Made by a program: the position numbers and the translations under genes
In this document: positions 56,680 through 64,000 of the stretch, in pieces
Layout: each line of letters begins with the position of its first letter
How positions within the stretch are numbered: position 1 is the first letter of the stretch
The notes under the pieces: model-generated
Database searches by the model: none
What the model saw: the letters and a program-made list of their open reading frames with translations, nothing else
What the model was told of the DNA's origin: nothing
Assembly (NCBI GenBank): GCA_963702845.1
Contig: OY969763.1
Location: forward strand, 5,632,001-5,696,000
Direction of reading: 5' to 3'
Length of the DNA: 64,000 nucleotides
Source: an uncultured Verrucomicrobiae bacterium
GTDB taxonomy: Bacteria > Verrucomicrobiota > Verrucomicrobiia > Limisphaerales > Palsa-1400

Positions 56680-59600
56680 ATGACCACCCAACTATCGCAT
56701 CTCTCGAAAACTTTTACCGCCAGTGCATTTGCCCTGATTCGCCAAAGGACCTGCCAGGTTGTAACCTTGGGGTTGCTACTGTCGGCATTGTCAGCTGCTG
56801 CACAACCGGCCATTAGCACGCAACCGCTCAACCGCACCAACAACATCAGCGATCTCGCACAGTTTAGCGTAGTTGCCACGGGCGCCGCACCGGTGACTTA
56901 CCAATGGCGACGTAATGGTGCGAATATCAACGGCGCGACTGGGAGTGCTCTCAGTCTATTGGTCACTAACATCGGTAATGCTGGCACCTACAGCGTTGTG
57001 GTAACGGACAGCACAGCTCTTACCACTACCAGTTCTGATGCTGTTCTTTCCGTATTCTTCGCTGACCGAACAAGGTTTACGCACTGGAACTTTAACAGCA
57101 CTACATCGGACAATTCTGTCACTACCGGTGTCAGCAGTCCGGCAATCGGCTCCGGCGTGCTCACCGTTGTTGGCACGGGCATTACCGCCAATGGATTCAA
57201 CACAGGTTCCGCTTCAGACCCTAATTTGACGGATAATTCAAGCCGTCGTTGGAACAATTATGCTTCAACCGTGCCCAACAAAACCGGCGGCGCGAAATAC
57301 GCGGTTAGCACAGCGGGCTTCCAGAATGTTGCCGTCAGCGGTGAACTGTGGCTGGCGCAGCGCAGCTCCGCCTATTGGCGCGGGCAATACAGCATTGACG
57401 GCGGCACGAATTGGATTGATCGACTAGTCATTAGTAGGCACAGCGTGTCGCTTCAGAACTTCTTTTATTTTTCCGATGATTTGACTGGCGTCGACGGCGT
57501 TGCGGACAACTCAAACTTTGTTTACCAGATCGTTGGTGAATACGAAAGCACCGCCACTGGTAGCGGAGCCGCTGCTTACGTCTCTTGCGATCCCGCTTCG
57601 ACTTTCAACCCCACCAGTTCTCTTTTCGGGTGGGACCTTTTCAGCGTGTTCGGCACCGCAATTTCTCAACAGCCCGCGATCACTCAGCAACCGCGAAGTC
57701 ACACTAATTATTTAAACACAACCGGCGGATTCACCGTGAAAGCGACCGGTGGGAATCTCTCCTACCTGTGGTATTTCAACAATTCTCCAATTAATTCTGG
57801 CACTGGTTCGGATTTGGTTATAACCAACGTCCAATATTCCAATGCCGGCACCTATCACGTCGTCGTTTCCAATACCGCCGGAACTGTCACCAGCGATGAT
57901 GCGATCCTGACGGTCGAAGACGTCGTGCTCCCGCAAGGTGATCGTTTTTGGTCCGCCGATGGCGTAAACGCGGGTGTTAGCGGCGGCAATTGGGACACTA
58001 ATACACCGAATCGCTGGGGACAAAATATCGCTGGTCCGTTCAATCTCCAGTGGAACAACACCCGCCTCGATAACGCGATATTTCCTCCCGGTTCCGGCGT
58101 GATCACCAACTCGACGGGCGTAGCCGTGAACACCATCACGCTTACCAACGCTCCGAGTGCAGCCTACGCTTTTAACGGTGCTGGCAAAATCAGTTTTCTC
58201 GGGCCCGACTCTTCCATCTACGTCGCCGGCGCAAACAACTCGAACGCCAGCAATCTTCTGTCCAGCACCTGCGAATTCGCCGGTTCGATCATTACCAAGA
58301 ATGGAGGCGGCCGCTTGCATCTCGATAATACCAACAGCAACATCGGCCGCTGGGTTGTTAATCAGGGTTCAATTACCGGCAGCGCCGCGGCAAATCTTTT
58401 CGGGATTGCTCCCTCGCAATCGCTTTCAAATTTCATCACGCTCGATGGCGGTGGATTTGGATTCATCGCTTCCTCCGCGATGTCTCTGGGCACCAATCGC
58501 GGTATTTACCTTGGTCTGAACGGTGGCCAACTCGGCAATCAGGGCACTGGCGGCATCATCACAATTGACGCGCCGATCACCGGCCCCGGTTCACTGAACT
58601 TCCCCGGCAATACAGAATGGCCCAGCCAACTCCAGGGCGATAATTGCATCTTCATCGTAAGCAACACGAACAACAATTATCAAGGGATCACGCGGATTGC
58701 GACCGCCGAAGTCCGTCTCGGCGCCAATCAGGTGTTTCCAGCGACCACCACGCTGATGGTCAGCAATCTCTCTCTCAATGGCCGACTCAATTTGAACGGC
58801 TTCAATCAGACGGTGGCCACAGTGATTCTTGATAGCACCAGCGGCAACGCTCGTATCATTGACACTGTCGGAACAGGCAGTCTCACTGCAGCGCAATTCG
58901 ATTTGCGCCGTAGCGCTACGGCTACAAATGTGAGCGCGATTCTTGCCGGTCCCGGTACACTCACCAAAACGACTAGCGGCAATATCACTCTCGCCGCCCC
59001 CAACACCTACAGCGGCGATACATTCCTGCAGGCCGGAACGCTCACGCTCAACGCTTCGGGGCGTTTCGGCAATGGCGTCGGCACTCTCCACCTGCAAGGC
59101 GCTACGCTCACCGTTCCAGAATCACGGACCGATGCGACCGCTATTATCAATCCCACTTCCCTCGAGGCCGAGACGCTCGTGCAGGGGACCGCGAACGCCA
59201 CGAATAATATCCAGTTTATCCACGGCGGGACGTGGACGATGGGTGGAGGCGTTCTATACGTGTATAACCCGAATACGAACGGCTTCTTGTTTCAGGTTGC
59301 TTTAACGAACACGTTCAATTTTTCGCTTCCGATCGATATTGGGAACGGGTGCCACCTCGTTTCTTACAATCCTGCTGGAAGCGATCAAACCTTTAGCGGC
59401 GGCCTTTCCGGAGCGGGCGTATTCAGACGCGCTGTTTCGACAGGCAGCGGCGGACGCACCATCTTTAACGGGGATAATACCTACAGCGGCGGGACCATAG
59501 TTAGTTCTGGCACGTTGCTTGCGAATAACCAAAGCGGCGCCAGTGCGACAGGCAGTGGTACGGTCACTGTCACCGCAGCTGGTGTTCTCGGCGGAACAGG

Positions 59601-60525
59601 CACAATCAGCGGCCCAGTCGCTGTTACCAACGGCGGCAATCTTTTGGCTGCTGCTGCTGGCGGAGTTTTAACCTTGCAAGGCGGCCTTGATATGAGCGGC
59701 AGCGGAACAAACACATGGGAACTGGCCGCCTTGCAAGATAATAGCACCGGCATTGCCGGAACTGGTTTCGGCCAAATTGTCCTGACTGCTGGCGAATTAC
59801 AGTTGGGCGGCAGCTCTGTTCTGTCGCTGAAATTCTCCGGCGGCACTGCGCCAGATGGCTCCGTGCCGTTCTGGCAATCCACCCACCAGTGGAAAATCAT
59901 CAGTCTGATTGGCGGCCTGAACACAGCCAACGCCTCGTTTGCTTCTATTGCCAATGGAAGCTACAGCGCGGGTAACTTCTCAACTGCTGTTGATGGAAGT
60001 GGCAACATCATTCTCACGTTTACGGCGTCAGTTCAGTCGTCACCCACCATTACGAGTCACCCGCAAAGCCGGACCAATGTTGCTGGAACAACGGCGTCTT
60101 TCACGGTTGCTGCGAATGGCTCGCAGCCTCTCACGTATGCTTGGTTCCGCAGTACGGCTCCGTTTACGCCCATTCCGGGGGCGACAAACACCACCTTTAC
60201 TTTGGCGAACGTGCAGGCGGCAAGTGCGGGCAGTTACTTTGCTCGTGCTTACAATGGTCTCGGAAATGATACAAGCCAGCTTGCATCGCTTACAGTTGTG
60301 CCGTCACCATCGCTTCAACCCTTGTCCGGAGCCGGAACCGCGAATGTCGTGCTGAGTTGGAATACAGTCGCGGGCAACCAATACCAGGTGCAATACAATA
60401 CGAATCTCTCCACCGCTAACTGGATTCCGGTGACCACATTTGTGGGCGCTGGCGGCAACGTTTCGGTGACCAATCATCCACCCGTTGGTGATCCGCAGCG
60501 TTACTTTCGCGTGATTATCTGGTAA
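56680..60525 (+). CDS. secreted Ig / jelly-roll / autotransporter-associated beta-strand repeat protein with C-terminal 'YFR' domain
   Basis: Signal peptide; Ig units; NTYSGGTIVSSGTL repeats; ends LSWNTVAGNQYQVQYNTNLSTANW...RYFRVIIW. Confidence 0.9.
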   Translation: MTTQLSHLSKTFTASAFALIRQRTCQVVTLGLLLSALSAAAQPAISTQPLNRTNNISDLAQFSVVATGAAPVTYQWRRNGANINGATGSALSLLVTNIGNAGTYSVVVTDSTALTTTSSDAVLSVFFADRTRFTHWNFNSTTSDNSVTTGVSSPAIGSGVLTVVGTGITANGFNTGSASDPNLTDNSSRRWNNYASTVPNKTGGAKYAVSTAGFQNVAVSGELWLAQRSSAYWRGQYSIDGGTNWIDRLVISRHSVSLQNFFYFSDDLTGVDGVADNSNFVYQIVGEYESTATGSGAAAYVSCDPASTFNPTSSLFGWDLFSVFGTAISQQPAITQQPRSHTNYLNTTGGFTVKATGGNLSYLWYFNNSPINSGTGSDLVITNVQYSNAGTYHVVVSNTAGTVTSDDAILTVEDVVLPQGDRFWSADGVNAGVSGGNWDTNTPNRWGQNIAGPFNLQWNNTRLDNAIFPPGSGVITNSTGVAVNTITLTNAPSAAYAFNGAGKISFLGPDSSIYVAGANNSNASNLLSSTCEFAGSIITKNGGGRLHLDNTNSNIGRWVVNQGSITGSAAANLFGIAPSQSLSNFITLDGGGFGFIASSAMSLGTNRGIYLGLNGGQLGNQGTGGIITIDAPITGPGSLNFPGNTEWPSQLQGDNCIFIVSNTNNNYQGITRIATAEVRLGANQVFPATTTLMVSNLSLNGRLNLNGFNQTVATVILDSTSGNARIIDTVGTGSLTAAQFDLRRSATATNVSAILAGPGTLTKTTSGNITLAAPNTYSGDTFLQAGTLTLNASGRFGNGVGTLHLQGATLTVPESRTDATAIINPTSLEAETLVQGTANATNNIQFIHGGTWTMGGGVLYVYNPNTNGFLFQVALTNTFNFSLPIDIGNGCHLVSYNPAGSDQTFSGGLSGAGVFRRAVSTGSGGRTIFNGDNTYSGGTIVSSGTLLANNQSGASATGSGTVTVTAAGVLGGTGTISGPVAVTNGGNLLAAAAGGVLTLQGGLDMSGSGTNTWELAALQDNSTGIAGTGFGQIVLTAGELQLGGSSVLSLKFSGGTAPDGSVPFWQSTHQWKIISLIGGLNTANASFASIANGSYSAGNFSTAVDGSGNIILTFTASVQSSPTITSHPQSRTNVAGTTASFTVAANGSQPLTYAWFRSTAPFTPIPGATNTTFTLANVQAASAGSYFARAYNGLGNDTSQLASLTVVPSPSLQPLSGAGTANVVLSWNTVAGNQYQVQYNTNLSTANWIPVTTFVGAGGNVSVTNHPPVGDPQRYFRVIIW

Positions 60526-60568
60526 CATCGTCTGCAACGATTGAGCGGGCCTATGCAGGCCAAACAAC

Positions 60569-63500
60569 ATGAGAATCCGTGCATTTGTTGCCTTGACGGC
60601 CCTGACGGTCAGTCTTGGGCTGCCTGTTTCAAATGTGCGGGCCGGTGAGACGCCACAGGAAGTCGATCTCCAGTTCTTCGATAGCGCGACTGGTTACGCG
60701 CTGCAGCCCGATGAAATCGTGGCTCAGCCACATCGCGACGGCGCAACGAGACAACGTTTCAATCGTGCCCACATGCGTGCGGATGGGCATGCAAAAGTTG
60801 CGTTGGAACACGGCCGCCACACGATCAGCGCGAATTTGTCGGCATATCATCCGCTCAGTGGCGAACTGCAAGTGCGCGACGCTTTTCCCTACAAAGTCCG
60901 TTTTCTCCTGGACCCAATTGAGAAACCAATCGAGCTTCAACCGGACAACATCACCGTGCGTCAACGCGATGACGCCACGTTGTTCCAGGGTTTCATTGTT
61001 TCCGACGATACCGGCGAGCCATTGCGCGAAGTCCGCATCAAATCAGAACCCAGCGGTGTAAAAACCGTCACCGACGCTCGCGGCTTTTATCAACTTTATA
61101 TCCCGCTGCAATCGCCGGCAAATCTCGTTGTCGAAAAACCCGGCTATCGCACCGAAGAACGGCAACAACTCGAACTCTCCCCGCGAGGAGACTGGACCTT
61201 CAACTTCCGGCTGGAACGCGGCACTGGAAAGCAAACCCTCGATGAGCGCAGCCCCTTGCGTTTGGCCGTCGAACAAGATCCGCCCACAGAAACAACGCAA
61301 ACATCACCAGCGTCGACAGTCGCGCCGCAGCCCTTGTTAATTACGCCAAAGATTCCGACCATTGGCACAAACGCAACACTTCGCGTTCCGCGCAACATCC
61401 GCGTCCAGGACGACACGAATATTTATTACGTGACCATGAACTTTTATGAGAAGCACGTGTTGCCGCATGAGTGGATCGCGTCATGGAACAGCAACGCTTT
61501 GAACGCCGGCTCGGTACCGGTGCGTTGTTACGCCATCGCGCGGGTCAATGCTCGCGCGCCGGACAGCGATTTCGATATCTGCGGCAACAGCGATTGCCAG
61601 AACTTCAAAGTCAACGTGTCATCCACTTCGACCGATCGCGCGGTTGATTACACCTCCGGCTATGTGGTGGTTAATTCGAGCGGCAACGTTCCCAGCACCG
61701 AGTATTCCGCTGAGAACAACAGCCTTGGAAAACCGTGCGGCGACGGCTTCGCCGCTCCAACTTCCGGATGTCTCTACGACCCCATCTGCGCTGGTCACGA
61801 TCGCTCTGGCCACGGGCGCGGCATGTGCCAGCGTGGAACACAACGATGGGGCGACGGCAACAATGGCTATCCCGTCCGCGATTGGATTTGGATGGTCAAT
61901 CATTACTACTCGACGCTTACGCTGGTCAAAGGCAGCGAACTCATCATCGGCGACAACGTTGAATCGACTTCGGGCGATTGCAACGTGCGCGCGTGTGCCG
62001 GGGGAGGCATCGGCAGCGGCGTGTCGTGTCCATTGCTCACCAGCAAATCGGCGGGCCAAACCGGCGTCATCATCGGCGGTCCCATCCTCGTGACGAACGA
62101 CACCAAAGGCTTCACGTGGTTTCAAGTGCGATGGAACGATGCGAATTCAACGACGGGTTGGTCCTGCGAAAATTATCTTGATCGCATCGTGTCACTTCCG
62201 GTCACACCTGCGAGTTTCACCGCGACGGCGATCAGCGGTAGCCAAATTAATCTAAGTTGGATCGACAGTAGCAATATCGAGGCGGGCTTTTATATCGAGC
62301 GCGCGCCGTCGTCCACCGGCCCATGGCTGGAAATCGCGACGATTTCAGCAAGCGTGACGACTTACTCCGATCGGAACCTATATCCAGGCAGCACATGGTA
62401 TTACCGCATGCGCAGCTACAACTCCTCTGGAAATAGCAGCTACACTGCTGCCGTCAGCGCGACCATTCCCAATAGTGTTGCCCCAACATTGGCCGCTGTT
62501 CAAAACCGCGCCGTTGCACCTAACACCTTGATTACATTTACGAACACAGCGACAGCGCCCGACAACGTCAAACTCATCACCGATTTCGCAGCATTCCAAA
62601 GCGAAACGGGCAACGGCGCAATTTTATTCGAAACGCCAAACACTTCGACCAGCACCTCAACCTTTCTGAACGACGTGCCGGAGATGGATCTCTCCGTCAC
62701 CACCGATACTCATCCGAACGGCGGCCAAGCGTCCGGCAACGTGCTTATGGTCCAATGCCAGTTCACCAATTCCAACAATGCATGGTTGAGGCTGACGACT
62801 GCTGGACCAACATGGTTCGCTGACCCGGTGATTGATCTGGCCAAAAAAATCCGCTTTGACATGTACTCCGACCTGTCGGTTCAGGTTGCCTTGGGCTGTC
62901 GTGAAACAACAACCCCTGTCGGAACCGCAATCGGTTCCGATGGCGGCACGAGCGGCGCGATTGAATGGGTCGGTGTCACTGGTGTTTCTGGCACTGCACC
63001 GGTCTGTACCCGAACTGTTACCTCTAACACTTGGACGACCCTGACATTCGACTTCACCAACGAACCGATCCGCAATTTCTCGGGCGGCAATGGCGTCTTA
63101 TCAACCGCATCCGGCCTGGGCGTGCTCGAACATCTGGCCATCGTTCCGAAAAGCGGGAACAACATCTACACGTTCTACCTCGACAACTTCGCTGTTCTCA
63201 CGCCACGCGTTTTCACCTATAGCTTTGGAACGGGCGCGCCGACCAACGCGACACTTAATGCCAGCACCGGCATTTTTTCATGGATGCCAACTGCTGCGCA
63301 AAGTCCGAGCACGAACCAAATTTCAATTATCGTTACCGACAACAGCATCCCAGCGTTGCGTGCGACCAATTCTTTCGTCGTAACCGTTGGCCAATCTTTG
63401 GCGAACAGTCCTCCTCTACTCAACCCGATTGATAACCGCACTGTCTATGCAGGGACGACAGTCGTCGTTACCAACTCGGCCTACGACCCGAATCCATCCG

Positions 63501-64000
63501 ACACGCTGACCTTCAGTCTCGGCACCGGCGCGCCGCCAACCGCCACCCTCAATTCCAGCACGGGCGTATTCAGTTGGACGACGACGACTGCCGACACGAA
63601 TTCTGTTCACAACATCACCATAAAGGTCACCGACAACGGTTCACCGCCGATGAGCGCCAGTGGAAGTTTTTCCGTGACAGTGCTTCCTCCTCCGCCTGCG
63701 AACAGCTCGCCACTGCTTTATCCGATCGACAACCAATCCATCCATGCAGGCGCGACATTGACGTTTACGAACCTTGCCTACGACGCCGACACCAACGACG
63801 TTCTGACTTTCAGCCTTGATCCTGGCGCTCCATCCGGCGCGACCATTCATCCGGTGACCGGCGTCTTTTCGTGGACGCCTCCCGATTCTGAAAGTAATAC
63901 TGTCAAATCTGTCACCGTCCGCGTCAGCGACAATGGTCAGCCGTCCAAAAGCGCTTCCAGCACATTTTCGGTCACGGTTTTGCCTCGTTTGCCGAACAAT
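60569..64000 (+). CDS. second giant SpoIID/LytB-domain protein (paralogue of 49246-56541); runs off the right edge
   Basis: Manual translation from ATG 60569 (MRIRAFVALTALTVSLG...FFDSATGYALQPDEIVA). The same frame still reads sensibly at 63.4-64.0 kb. It has the same SpoIID motifs, followed by cadherin-like repeats. Absent from the ORF track because no stop codon falls in the window. Confidence 0.92.
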   Translation, partial: MRIRAFVALTALTVSLGLPVSNVRAGETPQEVDLQFFDSATGYALQPDEIVAQPHRDGATRQRFNRAHMRADGHAKVALEHGRHTISANLSAYHPLSGELQVRDAFPYKVRFLLDPIEKPIELQPDNITVRQRDDATLFQGFIVSDDTGEPLREVRIKSEPSGVKTVTDARGFYQLYIPLQSPANLVVEKPGYRTEERQQLELSPRGDWTFNFRLERGTGKQTLDERSPLRLAVEQDPPTETTQTSPASTVAPQPLLITPKIPTIGTNATLRVPRNIRVQDDTNIYYVTMNFYEKHVLPHEWIASWNSNALNAGSVPVRCYAIARVNARAPDSDFDICGNSDCQNFKVNVSSTSTDRAVDYTSGYVVVNSSGNVPSTEYSAENNSLGKPCGDGFAAPTSGCLYDPICAGHDRSGHGRGMCQRGTQRWGDGNNGYPVRDWIWMVNHYYSTLTLVKGSELIIGDNVESTSGDCNVRACAGGGIGSGVSCPLLTSKSAGQTGVIIGGPILVTNDTKGFTWFQVRWNDANSTTGWSCENYLDRIVSLPVTPASFTATAISGSQINLSWIDSSNIEAGFYIERAPSSTGPWLEIATISASVTTYSDRNLYPGSTWYYRMRSYNSSGNSSYTAAVSATIPNSVAPTLAAVQNRAVAPNTLITFTNTATAPDNVKLITDFAAFQSETGNGAILFETPNTSTSTSTFLNDVPEMDLSVTTDTHPNGGQASGNVLMVQCQFTNSNNAWLRLTTAGPTWFADPVIDLAKKIRFDMYSDLSVQVALGCRETTTPVGTAIGSDGGTSGAIEWVGVTGVSGTAPVCTRTVTSNTWTTLTFDFTNEPIRNFSGGNGVLSTASGLGVLEHLAIVPKSGNNIYTFYLDNFAVLTPRVFTYSFGTGAPTNATLNASTGIFSWMPTAAQSPSTNQISIIVTDNSIPALRATNSFVVTVGQSLANSPPLLNPIDNRTVYAGTTVVVTNSAYDPNPSDTLTFSLGTGAPPTATLNSSTGVFSWTTTTADTNSVHNITIKVTDNGSPPMSASGSFSVTVLPPPPANSSPLLYPIDNQSIHAGATLTFTNLAYDADTNDVLTFSLDPGAPSGATIHPVTGVFSWTPPDSESNTVKSVTVRVSDNGQPSKSASSTFSVTVLPRLPNN

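Noticed and set aside
49246..64000. Diversity-generating retroelement or invertase-driven shufflon explaining the paralogous segments
   Set aside because: No reverse transcriptase or recombinase is present, differences are not adenine-specific, and all copies are in-frame direct paralogues.

Overview
This 64 kb window is most likely from a Verrucomicrobiota chromosome (Pedosphaerales/Limisphaerales-like). That is an inference from the gene families present: an H-X9-DG pseudopilin, a planctomycete-type cytochrome c, a double-domain NDK and PVC-type giant Ig proteins. The first ~14.7 kb is core and housekeeping: tRNA-Phe, tRNA-His, a frameshifted tandem-domain NDK, mqnD, metG, a DUF481 outer-membrane barrel and an ABC-2 permease. 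Its intergenic spaces are crowded with several families of short repeats. The rest is dominated by five giant secreted modular proteins: 4042 aa, ~2550 aa (split by a +1 frameshift), 2431 aa, ~1280 aa, and a >1144 aa gene missed by the ORF track because it runs off the right edge. They share and shuffle modules. The four complete ones end in one of two conserved C-terminal domains, and no autotransporter barrel was recognised. Two of the five carry a SpoIID/LytB peptidoglycan-lytic head. They lie beside a beta-propeller sugar-sensing two-component system, a NAGPA-type phosphodiester glycosidase, a Tat-exported phosphatase and two sulfatases. The best candidate for an undescribed system is this 38.9-64 kb cluster, read as a surface-displayed bacterial cell-wall foraging or attack locus. 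No integrase, transposase, CRISPR array or rRNA was seen. All domain calls come from motif recognition by eye; no searches were run.
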